Shown: piece by piece, positions 1 to 11,950 of the stretch
How positions within the stretch are numbered: the first letter of the stretch is position 1
How the letters are laid out: each line of letters opens with the position of its first letter
Translations under genes and position numbers: made by a program
The notes under the pieces: generated by a model
What the model was told of the DNA's origin: nothing
Seen by the model: only the letters and a program-made list of their open reading frames with translations
Database searches by the model: none
Source: Raillietiella orientalis
Taxonomy: Eukaryota
Assembly: GCA_036172245.1 (NCBI GenBank)
Contig: JAYWIR010000001.1
Span: 3,968,001-4,032,000 of the forward strand
Direction: 5' to 3'
DNA: 64,000 bases

Positions 1-1061
1 GTGCCTCAGGCAATTGGATCTGTTGAAGGAGGTTATCAATGCTGACGTGTTTCTCAAAAGTGCCCTGCAGGTGGCACTCATTGGGAACGGAGGATTTGTA
101 GCGCACAGGGATTCTTTATCGCACCCACATAATCTCCATTGAAAGATTAACGGACCTACAGTGCCTGAATTGTGAGAACTTTTCCATGAAAATGTTTTTC
201 ACATGAATCTGAAACGGGGTCATTCCATCCGAACGTCTGATTTTTGAAAATGTTCTCTAATTTAGAAAGCCTCCGCCTTTTCGAGGTTTTCAGGCTGTCC
301 TTTTCATCAACATTCTGCAGGAGTTTTTTCAGGAAAACTGCTTAGCCCATTTCCTTTTTATTTCCTGCTGAAAGTACAAATTCCTCAATTTTTATGCTGG
401 CAACAGCAGATGGTTAGGTGATAAGCTATGATTACTACTATAAAAGGCACTAGTTGAATCCTTAGACGGAGAATAGAACTCTGATGCGATATCTACGCAA
501 ATATCCTATTGAAATGTGTCATTAAAACTCCAAAGCATTGAGATGATGCTGGTGTTCACGAGGAAAGTTTGCCACACTGTACCTGTATCAGGAAAGTTGC
601 TGAAGAAGCATCAGACTGAATCATATAAAGCTCCTCGGAAATTTCCAAACTTTGCATCAGAGTGTCCTAAGCGCTAAGGGAAAGATGTTTCGCATTAAGG
701 CTGCTGAATTTTTCATTTTTTTTTAAAAGAGTGCAACTTCATGCCAGATACGAGTTTAGAATCTGATTTCTGTTCTGTGTAACCAAGAAAACGCCTCAAT
801 AGAATGTTGAAAAAGGCGTACTTTTTGATTATAGAGAATTAACAGTTTTCATACTACTGGGATAGTCAGATCTTATAGATGGAAATCACTCTTGAAAGAG
901 TTTGTGGGGGTGGGAAAGCTGAAAAGAGTAAAAACTTAAGGATTAATGATTTCCCTCAAAAGAATCCAAAGATAGGAACATCTCACGGACAGGAATTCCT
1001 AAAATTTCAAAGCTCCAATTCAGATTTGGAACCAGTAGAAAGAATGCAGCGAAACAAATCA

Positions 1062-1090
1062 ATATATATATATATATATACATATATATA
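1062..1090. repeat. (TA)n microsatellite
   Basis: atatatatatatatatatacatatatata read directly. Confidence 0.9.
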
Positions 1091-1309
1091 ATAAATAAGC
1101 GTCCAGGGTTTTGTAATTCAGTTCGAAATGTGAAAGATACTTTGTTGTAAGGAAGAGGTCACGGGAAGAGAAACATCGGCGTAGGGGGAGGAGGAAATGA
1201 AATGCAGGAGGACAAAAGGATTCATAACTCGGAATCTGCTGTGCTGACTGACAGAAAGTCCTAACGCCACGAAGTTTAACTTTCTCTAGAATTAGGTTTT
1301 CCATCCTGT

Positions 1310-2640
1310 TTGTTAGGGCATTTATTATAAAAAATGATAATGAAGACACATTTTTGCGGTAGGAAACGTGGTTCACCATGCACTGAAAAAGCACGTTGAA
1401 CCTGCAAGATACCGGTAAGCAGACCGGCGAGGTCCACCTCGGCAACGGAAGGGGAAGGGAAAACCGAAAACAAACAAATAAAAAAAAGGACATGAAAAAT
1501 TTTTCACAGGTAGGTGGGGAATCGAGGAAGGGATCACAGCTCGCTGCGAGGCGTCCTCTGCATCCTGTGCAGGATACTCGTAGGATTGCTCCGGATGTTG
1601 CCTGGGGGGTCCATCTCTTCGCGGTCCCTCGAGGAGATTCTTGTCCAGTGGATGGCGTCTCTTCCATTCTGGCCTCTTCCTGCGTTCCAGGCCGCCATCA
1701 TCGCTCGAAGGCAGCAAAGAACTGCAAGCGACGTGGCTGGCGGCAGTGTGGCACACAGGAAAAGGCGTAGCAAAATATCCTTGGGGTCGCCCGTCGAGAT
1801 TCAAAGGGTCTTCGCTAGGCGATCTCAAGAGGTCCGGAGGGCAGCACAGTCTAGAAGCAGATGATGCGGGAGGGTTTCCCTCTCCCAACACCTGCCACAG
1901 TTTGAATCCACACTCTTCTGTGTCCAGTGGTGAAGGCGTTCTTTGCATGGGATTAATTCGTTTTTTTCAACCGGATTTGCTGGTGCATTTATTATAAAAA
2001 CATAATAAGCATAGATTTTAGTTTAGAACACTTGGTTCTAAACGTTCAAATGTTCTTTACCGCTTGCCACTGGGGCTCGATGTGGAGAGAAGGAAGACGG
2101 GGCAAAGCGAAACAAAGAATGAACAAAGACAGGTAAAAAGTTCTTTGCCTGGGGTGGTTGGCTGGTTGGGAAGGGATCACTGTGTGTCCCGCGACGTCCC
2201 ATTCATCCTCTGGAGGATGCTGGCGAGTTGGCATTTGTCGGTTCCCAGATGAAGCCATTTCGCAGCGATCCTCAAAAAGAGTTTCGTCCAGTGGATGACA
2301 CCTCTGTCAGTCTGAGCCTTCTCGCGGCGTTCCACGCTGCCAATACATCCGCATGGAGCAAATGGTCGCTACGTACGCGGGTTGTGGCGGTGCTCCACGC
2401 ACCAAGAGGCGCTTCAAGATGTCTCTGGGATTGCTCCCGGGGATACGGAGGGCCATCCAAAAACGTTCCCACAGGGACCGGAGGGCAGAACAGTCAAGAA
2501 GCAGATGCGGGGGGGTTTCCCTTTCCCCGCACTTGCCGAACTCCTCACTAACCCACCCCAGGGTCCAGTGATGGAGGCGCATTTGCGTGGGATTCCCCAA
2601 TGCAGCAGCAGCAACGCCGGTTCCTGCCACTTGAGAGGGA
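1310..2640 (-). mobile_element. Two diverged tandem ~670-bp copies of the 3' end of an L1/Tx1-like LINE ORF2
   Basis: Colinear similarity between 1310-1985 and 1985-2640 (gcatttattataaaaa, gtccagtggatg, ccggagggcag.acagtc.agaagcagatg). Translations KCGERETPPHLLLDCSALRSLW (CCHC finger) and AAWNA, the latter in both copies. Confidence 0.55.
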
Positions 2641-5600
2641 TTAATTAGGTAGCGCAGGAAGCAACTTTGAACTGAGTATCGATGGAATGTTTCTGAATCC
2701 TTGGAGGCACAATTTTCTGAATTGAATCTCCAGCTTTTCCAAAGCATCGAATCGGATGAATGTAGAGCAACATTTCTATGCCATGGAGAGGTCAGACTTG
2801 GCCACCTAAAAGGGGAAAGATTGGCAGGAAGAAATTCCTTGTGAATCGATTACAAATTTTTACAAACGAAACATTTTCCAGACATCTCTCATATGGACGG
2901 CCAGCTGGAAACAGCTTGAAGTTTCGAAAAAACTCTCAAACCTCGCAGGAAAAGTCTTCCGTGTCTTCCGTGAAAATAAAAAACAAAAATCGGTGCATGA
3001 AAGCGAATTTGAATTCAGCAAAAGCACAATGACGATGCCCTTGTGTCATCATTCGGAAAGCAGTTTTTTTTTTTTTTCTAGCTCGAATCCAACGTGAAGT
3101 CATTAATGGAAGCATCAGTGGAGAATGTACGACTGTGTTCATTCGCTATGATGAAAATCGTTTCCAACGAGTGATTTGGAGGAGGACAGGAAGGGCGCAT
3201 GACTGCAGTTCCTATCTACGTTCTTCTAGTGTACGTCTCTACCGAAAAAATCCTGTACCAGCACCGCCGGAAATGCAATGTAAAATTTTATTCATATTTT
3301 TTTTTCCGATGGGAAACTGTTTCGTTAATTGTTTTCCACTTATAAAAGAATCTTCTATATCTTTCTGATTAGAGGATGAGGTTTAAAGATGATTTAAGGA
3401 GTCTATTTTTCTGAGAAACACGTAGCAAGCATGGATTTGGATAGTTTGGACTTCCTGGCTTTTTACGCCTACGCGTGTTTGCTCCTACACCCGGTGATAA
3501 TCCCCACAAAGTCAAAAGCGGGAAAACTCTTTTCGCTTCCGATTTTCGCGAGGCTTGCGATGTAAATCTTGGCACAAGGGTTGCCAACACAATTTAATGG
3601 AATCCCTCTGGGTGGCCTCCGAAAACCCGCCCAAAAGTCCCCCCCCCCCATAAAAATCTCCAGGTTTCAATACCTAGGAATTTATTATTATTATTATATT
3701 GCGTCCCCATATCTTGAGTGAAACAGTGAATAAAAATTGTACAGTACACACCTAATAATTTAATACAGCACGAGGTGTTGAAGCCCATTATATCACAGCA
3801 CACGTAATGTCATTTAATCTTCCGATTCAACGGTACAAAAATAAAATTACCAATCAATTGTTGATGACGTGACGTTTATGTTATGAAGCCACGGCTGCTG
3901 CCCGTGTTCTTCGACACGTTTGCAAAGGGAGGGCCGCACTGCCGCTCTTATGGTTCAAAGGAAGCGTTAGAACAGTCTGTAAATTGCAAGGAAAAATGGA
4001 AATTTGCCGTTGCACTGAAACGAACAGAATTCAAATATCGAAATGCTTTAATGATAAGGAAGTCGTTTTCCTCGACAGCCTTTGTCGATAATTTACTAAT
4101 GCGAGTCCATATCGGCCGGAAGTCGGAAGCAGGGGTGGATGAAACATCCGGAATTCTGTGCAGGACCGTCTACCACATCCATCGTTGAAAGTTTTCCCTA
4201 CGACCCATGGAAAAATCCCTAAACCTCGGCGGCCGGAGATGTAAAAACCACTGGAGTCCCCGCCCAGCGGGATAAAATGCTTTTACCCGCTAGATGGGCT
4301 TTCCCAAAAGGCTAGACGTAGCGGGAAAACCTCTAAATTGGCAGTCGCTCTTGGCACCCCTTTCGGTTCGTGGTATCCCGGAAGAGCTCAGTGCCTCTTT
4401 CTGGATGCTTATCACTTACTCTTGCGAACGATTAGGAATCGCGCGTGCGATTCCTGCGCGGGTGATTTAGCGCCCCATCATTTCGTCTCATTTCATTTTT
4501 GCGAACGTGGTTGCCTGTTCCCTCTGTACAAGGATACTTGGACACGTGGTGAGTGAGTACGAGTAAATTAGCGAGAGTAACCCAGAAACTCAAAACGCTT
4601 TCTTTTTCTTTCTTTATCATCATGATTGAGTTTTCCGTGCTCCAAATCGAGTATTGGCTCCTTGAAGGGAAGAAAAGGTAAGACCATCCAAATGGCATGG
4701 CTCACTGCCTCTCAAAAACAAATTTCCACTTTCCTCTGGTCCCCACTTGTAATCTTCCAGTCACTAAAAAATGAGTCATTCTATTTAATTCACTGCGTCC
4801 ATGGAAAATTACTCATTAGGGCGTTTTTTGCTTTTTCCTTTCACTTTTATTCCATCACAACTTTGATGTTGCTGAAGCAATACGCATTTCTCTTCCTTCC
4901 AGCATCGGTCCTGGATTAGCAAATTATTACAATTACCCCCTCCCCCCCCCGCTTTCCACTTCATTTGTCTCATAGGGTCTCCGGACAAATCCCAACAGGA
5001 AATCGAATTCACAATTTGGGGACTTTCCGTCCATTTCAGGAGTGCAGACAAAACAGAGCAGAAGGATTATTTACTCAGTCTCCAATAGATAAATGAATGA
5101 GGAGACGAAAACTCGACTGTTTTTTTCTCAGTCAGACATGGCGTCAGTTGTCAAAGAGCCCGTAGTGCCTGGTTTCCTCGCAGAGCCAACGCCTCCTCTG
5201 AATCGAATCCGAATTTTGCGGGTTGTTCCTGGAACAGCTGCCCAAACATGCCTCCTCACGAAGCTCACCTAGAATCTCCTCCTGGAGTCTTCCACGCGAA
5301 CATCCACTAGTGTCACGGAAAACCACTTTTCCATTTACGCGGAGCCGTTTTCTGTCTTCATTCCAGGGTGGCAGGGAGTGATTCGATCACCTTAGCTTTC
5401 CTCACTCCTTTTTATGATTTTGCGGCGAATGAAATCATGCATTCCTGGCATCTCTTCGAGCCGATATCCAGAATTTCAAGCCCGATTCCCAGATTCTCAA
5501 TCAAAGGTGCATTCTCTAGGGAGAGCACACTAACGAGTTCTGGAAAGCACACTGAGGATAATAATTCCGAAGTTTAAGACAAAGTCGATTACAGAGGGTT

Positions 5601-8449
5601 GCTGAGTTTTCTCTGAAATCTGATTTCTCTAAATTAGAATTTCTAGCCGTGCAAGAGAATTATTCTTCCTCCACCTCCCCTCCCTTTGAACACAGATTAG
5701 CAAACTTATGATGCTTTGGTCACGATGTTTCAACGTACGGAGGATTCGCCCTAGTTTCGTATTGGTCTGACAGCGAGCTCTTAACACGAACGACACAAAA
5801 CACATTTTGAATTTTTTCTTTCACTTTCTCGATTCTTTTTTTTTTTTTTTTTAGCTTCTTTTCAAATAGGAAGATGCGAACGCAAACAAAAAGATGATGC
5901 TCTGGTTTCTCTCCTCCTTTGTATTTTTGCATACACAGAGGTCTTTAGATATCAACGACATCCGTACCAAGCATGTTCTTAGTTCATTTACGGAGAACAA
6001 CACAGCCCTATTGCTTACCTGCCCTATTACATCAACGTTATTCGTTTAGGGTTTCTCGGCGGGAATTATTTGCGGAACATTTTCGTCTGCATTCCCGAGA
6101 TGGTATCGGTTTCACTTCACAGGCATCAGTGCCTGCGTTTTATCCTTGTGATGACCGAAAGATTCTCAGCTTCCTCCACGATCATTCCCTCGGAGCTTTC
6201 AAAAACATTTTTAACGTCGCTTATGCATGCGACCGTCTATCTACTTTCACGCTGCAGCTGTATCGATCTACTTTCACACTCTTCCAGCCGGTTCTTGGTT
6301 TCCTTCAGGTCCCTGTTCCCTCACTGCATTCAGATTTCAGTCAACATACTTGACATCCGAATTTCACTTCCCGCCCAGATCTGGGAATCCTCTTGCAGGC
6401 AGCCACCACTGCGATGGTGCACCGACAAAACATCAAACAAGCACGGGAGGCTCACTACGTGCCTCGTCCGTCTTAAATACAGAGCAAACGTTTGAATTCT
6501 CATCTCTCTCATCAGCTGTGTTTACCCTTCAGAACTAAAAAAAATAAAATAAAATAAAACGCGGTGACTGGGTCGGCAGGTTTCACTCAGATGATCACAA
6601 ATTGCAGAGGATTTCCAATCCGGGTCCTCACGTGCAGTGAGCAACTTGCCCTCTTCGGCGAGTCTCATGAAAAAAAAAAAAAACAAAGGCGAACCTAGTA
6701 CGCGTGCTTCCCCGAAGAGGCTTAAACTTCGAACGGCCTCATTAGAATTTTCCGACCCGCGGACCGACTGAAATCCTCAGCCGACCTTGACGGGTTCGGG
6801 ACTCTTGCAAACACCTCTACGCCACCGCAGCGATGGTGTGTATGAAAAATGGAAGCTTTCCAGAGCTTCTGCTGCACTCCGCGTTTAAGTTCATGGCCGA
6901 GGCCTTCCTTGTAGAAAGTCATATTCCAGATCGGTCCACTTTCCAGCGACGCTGCGATCCTGTCAGGGAGTCACTTGAAGGCTGCGGGGTTGCAGAGAGT
7001 TCACCCGTTAGCCTCTGTTTTTTGGGGCGTCCGCTTAGACTCGGTGGGTGTCTCGTCGGGGAATTCGGCAAATCCTGGATTCGAATATGACGCTTGCCAG
7101 GGAACTTTACTTCCGAAGATGGCCTCAGCGTTCGGTCTGGGAGACCAGCATCCCGAGTGAAGTTCCAAACTGAATCTTGCGAAGATAAAGCTGAAAGTGT
7201 ATTAGAATATTCTTTAATTTATACTAAATGCCGAATGTCTTTTATAACAATTATTTATTCTTAATATATAATACATTACCTTTTAATTAAGAATGTTAAA
7301 ATTAATCAATTGGGGGAATGAATAAACTTTCACTACTATATAAAAATAACTAACCAATCCAAACACTAAAAAGATGAAACTCAAAATCCTTACCTAATTC
7401 TAATTACCACTACCTCACATGAAAAAATTGCTATAACCCACCCATAAACTATAAAAAACATGCCATTCTGTAGTCTTCTCGAATGCTTGAGGCAAAGACC
7501 GTAAAGAAAGAAGTCATCATGTGAGGCGTGCCAAATTCGTGGCTGTGTCTTCATGATATGTCCTTAAATTTAGCCCCTTTACTTTTCCATGCTTGTCCGT
7601 GCACTCTCTTCTATCCTGCTTCCTTTGCAGTGCTCGGTTTCGTAACTTGAAACTGTTTCTCGTGATCTCGCTTAAGCTGATGAGAGGCATAGAGACAGCG
7701 ACTGAGAGCCACCCATCCATCCCAAGGAAAAAGAGCCGGAATAAGTTACTTTCGAGCAGCATCCACAAGCAGGATTGTCGGCGACTCATTAAATTTGCAA
7801 AAAGGGATCTTAGCAAGAGACTTGTCGCCAGATTAGTGCCATCTGCTGAAGAACAGTCATCAACGCGTTCCTTATTACTCGGTGGAAATTCATTTCTCTG
7901 CTTTGACGGTTTCTATCAGTTGCCTCTGATTCAATTTCTGCAAAAGAAAAGTGTCGGCTGGAGGAGGAATGCTTGAAGAATAGGGAAAGACATCCTCAGA
8001 TGGGAGGTAACTCTTAAGAACTGCACAGAAGTGCAGGTAGCATGGGCTTTCAAGACAAAGTTAAGAAGACAAAGAAAAACACACTGCGTAGAAGACGATG
8101 AATATCTAAGGGTAGCGTTGATTCATTCGACATAAAAACAGTGCCTGAAAGCTCTGGGAAGTTGGAATTACCTGAATCATGCTCACGGAGCCATCTTCAG
8201 AATCGCACTGGAGTGTTAGCTACTGACGTCAAGACCTGTGCCGAAGACAGCTGTTCCAGGTGAGCTCGCGACAGAACCCTTCTGAGAGTACCGTCGCGAT
8301 CCACATACTCGATGGAACCTCCCAATGGAAGGCGGCGGCGGATCTGCACTGCTTGGGTGCATGTTCGACTCTTAAGCGTCATCCATCATCAGGACCGGCA
8401 GGTGGGTTCGTCCAGAGGCGGTTCCATTCCCCGGCTGCCAGCGTCCTTC

Positions 8450-10600
8450 TGCCCCGTGCCAACCAGCACTTGTGGGAACTGAGAAGAGCCGCGTGGGGAG
8501 CTGCAACCCGACGTTTGGTTCGTTTCGGAGAGCCAGTTCCGCTCACCGAAATCGACCCGCCGGGCACTTCTGGATCCGGCAGTTCGGGCTTCAGCGTTCA
8601 CGCAAGCTGCACTCCTCGCTCATCTGAAGTCTAAGAATGGATGGAGGTTATCCGGTCTGGTGACCTTTCATCCTTCGCTTCACCGGATGAGACCCTGTTC
8701 TCTTTCCGCTTTGACCAGCGCCAGATATAAGGGAAACTTTGATACTGGCAAGATACTCTTTTGCTGGCGCTCCTGCAGGATAGCACGCTGATGGTCACGG
8801 AGGATGAATTCGGTACTGGGTAAGGGCGGACGAGGGAAGAAGGTGCGCGAAGCAGGGTGGACCTTTGTACTTTCAGATCAGCGAGTCGTCGTTGTGGAAT
8901 GAGCAGGAGGAGATGAAGGGCGGCTGTCTCCCGATTCGCGTTTCTAACGATGTGAACTGCATCTGGCTCCTGAGGGACCTGTGAGCTCAGCTGACGACGC
9001 AGCAGAAGTTCTTGGAATGCGTGAATTTGGAAGCCCTCTAGATGCTGTGCAGCGTGTGCGAACTGTATGCCTCCCAGGTCAAGGGAGTCGTTCGGTGAGT
9101 GCAAGAGGAGCCAGAGGTGCTGCTGACCCTCTTGTGGAGCGTCAACAGTAAGCTGAGCGTCGTTCTGGAAAAGAGGAACAGCAGGACGGAAGCGGTTCTG
9201 GGGCATCTGGAGCAATTAAAGACTCAAATTCGCAGAGCTTCTTTTTGTTACGGATCGACTAACAGGGAACCAGATAGCGGTACTTTTCACGGGGCTGCGA
9301 GCGTGAGCTCAGTCGATCGTGAGCTCCCTTTGCAGAGAGGAAGAGACAGAGCAGCGCATGCGGAAACATTTGGGCGGCGATTTCGGAAGATTCAAAAAGT
9401 TTATCGGAAGCCTTCTGAACGTAATTATGACGATGATCGGCCGGTCGATGTTGCCTACAGGATGTACAGCAACACCTTAGAGCTGAGAAACACTGAAGAA
9501 TTGAGCAACCGTCCAGAGTCAGTCAACTTTCTCATTTTAGATGATTTTCTGAAACCAATTTTTTCTCGTCATGAAGGAAATTGCAAAGCAAATTCACCAG
9601 AATACAGAGAGAATTTTTGAGCTGGAGCATCGCTGAGAAAAATCGTGAAGGTCAAGTGGCAAAAGGTTCCTTCAAGACCACTACGAATCTGTGTGAAGAG
9701 ATGAATGAGCTGAATAGACGAGAAGAACGAACCGCCCCGTTGGCTCCTCATTCAGAGGAGACCTCCAGAGAGAGAGGTGGCATCAGTTCGAGCTTCCGCT
9801 GAAAGCGGGAACCTCGACTTGCAGCAAGCATCGGCAATGAAATCTCCTGACTTTCATGGGCTTTTCTTCAGCCCGCCTTCTTGCACTAGATCTTCCATTA
9901 GTCGTTTCGTCAGGGCTTCGCAAAATGAGACATGTTTTCCTGGTAGAGGTGTAACTACAGCATCAGTTCTTGAAGCAGAATGTCATCTTATCTTGCCCCA
10001 TCACGCTGAATTTCCAGCATGCCCGCTCCTGAGCTTAGACCTCCAGCTCACGACCTGGGAAATCTGGTGGCTTTCTGCAATCTCGTCAATCGTATCGGGA
10101 TGTTTGTACTCCGCAGGAGGGGTCTACTAGAAACCTCATCCTCATTGTTCGGTTTCCGCTATCCATCTGCTCAAGCTTCGGGATGAGTAGCAATAGAGCT
10201 GCTACCTACTCGAAGAGATCGTTGGTCCATTGTCTTCCCTCCCATTCCAAGGTTTACTTCTTGGAAAGAAGTGGGCTAGAGTACGGTCTCTCATGGACAC
10301 AGATGCCGCTTCCCGCTTTTGTGGGCAAGATCCGTCGAGTCAAATAGCCTTTGTGTTTCAGGGAAATTCCACTTTTAATCTTTTTCCAGAGATTCCTTAG
10401 ACTGTGAACTGCGTCATTACATCGGAGGGCGCCTGCAGCTCTCCAACGAGAACAGCAAAAGCGGCATGAAAGGTGAGGCGCCGATGCTCCTTCAGGCGCC
10501 TTGTTATCGGTTGCTGCAAGCAGCCTGCAGGGACTCTTGCAGGTGCTGACCATCTGCTACGAGGAACCGGACTCTCTCGTCCGGTATGGAGAGTTCCGCT
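8450..10600 (+). mobile_element. Degenerate L1/Tx1-like LINE fossil (end of ORF1, endonuclease, linker, start of RT)
   Basis: Ordered motif remnants across frameshifts: LSDQRVVVV (~8871, SDH-like), EQLKTQIRR (W..LK..IR-like), MKSPDFHG (KSPG.DG-like). Confidence 0.45.
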
Positions 10601-10829
10601 ATCCTCCGCCGGTCTCTCACGCGCAACACAGGAAGATTCTCTTTTTTTTTTTCAAAAGGCCAGTAGCGAACCCGCGAGGAGATCGTTACTATTGGCCTAG
10701 GATGATGGAAATCTCTGGGTTCTTTTTTTTTTTTTTCCGGGTTTTCTTTGTTTTGGTTCGTGAAGTGAGCCGCAAGAGCGGGTCGCGTGCCTCGCGGCGC
10801 GCGTGGCCCTTTTTGAACACTGTTTTGTT

Positions 10830-11650
10830 TCCACGCCTCTCCGCCTGAGGCAAGGGGGCGATGTTTTCTTCAGGATAGGGCTATGGATATGAATCCAGGA
10901 AGGGCTCGGAGTCCGTTTCCTCTCTCACCCTTGGGGGGGATCGCACCTCCCACCCTGGTTGTCTCTTTCCTCATTCTCTCCGGAGGGACCCTCCCTCCCC
11001 AATGGGGAGGGGCTGTCCTCTCCATTTCAACTTCTCCGGAGGGCCATCCCCCTTGCGGGGGGTGGTCCTCTCCATTTCAACTTCTCCGAAGGGAACCCGC
11101 AAGGGAACCGCTCCTTTATTCACTCCTCTGAAGACAACCCCGAAGGGACGCTTCCGAAACTCAGAAGGGGCGCTGCAGCTTCCCGCAGGGAATCGCTCTC
11201 GCTTGCTTCATTGTGCACACTCTGTGAAGAGGCGACGACTCGGAAGGGTAACCCCCGCTGAGGGGGGTCCGCTCCATCGAACAACTAGGAGAGGAGCCCG
11301 CGTGGGCTCCTGCTCCATGTTCCTTCTCTTGCACTCTGTGAAGAGGCGACGACTCGGATGGGACCCTCGCTAAGGGGGTCCTGCTCTCCGTTGTACGACC
11401 GGAGGGGGAACTTTCCACTCCTTGGATTCCTGGAAGGACCCGAAGGTCGACTTCATTGTTCCGGCCTCCATCAGGGGCCTCCGGCTTAAACGACCACCGG
11501 TGCCACGCCTGAATGTCATCGGCCAACCAGCGCCATTGCAGGAGAAACTCGGAACCCAACGACGCAGTGGCGTCAGTTTCTGCCAGAGTATTCGATCCTG
11601 CGACGCATGGTGCCACGCGCGGAGGCCTTAACCACAAAGCCTCCGACAGG
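10830..11650 (-). mobile_element. tRNA-derived SINE, copy 2 (with internal tandem duplications)
   Basis: Minus-strand head GGCTTTGTGGTTAAGGC...GGATCGAATAC at about 11580-11650; shared motif tatgaatccaggaagg at ~10888. Confidence 0.6.
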
Positions 11651-11659
11651 AAGATTCTC

Positions 11660-11950
11660 TTCCATAGCGCTTTGAGACAACTCCCTGGCGATCTCGCGTA
11701 CGGAGGCTTGCTCGCCCCTCTCAAAACGCACGACGCGTATAAACCTTGGTGAGAAGACCACGGGGGCCTGGGATCGACCCTTTTTTCCATTTGAGGCTTA
11801 CGCTCTTCGCCTGCGGATGCATTTCCTTGCTTTCGAGTTCTCCTTTGCCCCTGGAACCGAAGACGCCTTTCCCCGGAACTCGTCGACGGAATCCAAACCT
11901 CCATCCAGCCTCTCTCTCTACACCATCCTGCTTGCTGGGAAGGACAAGCC
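11660..11950 (-). repeat. Repeat related in inverted orientation to 21590-21830; probably a LINE endonuclease N-terminus
   Basis: Shared tgcatccgcaggcg and atggaaaaaagggt.ga.cccagg...cgtggtc.tctc; both translate EKRVDPR..WSS. Confidence 0.55.

Noticed and set aside
3577-4350. hAT-like MITE bounded by AGGGTTGCCAA ... TTGGCAGTCGCT
   Set aside because: The inverted match is short and imperfect, and I could not establish a target-site duplication.
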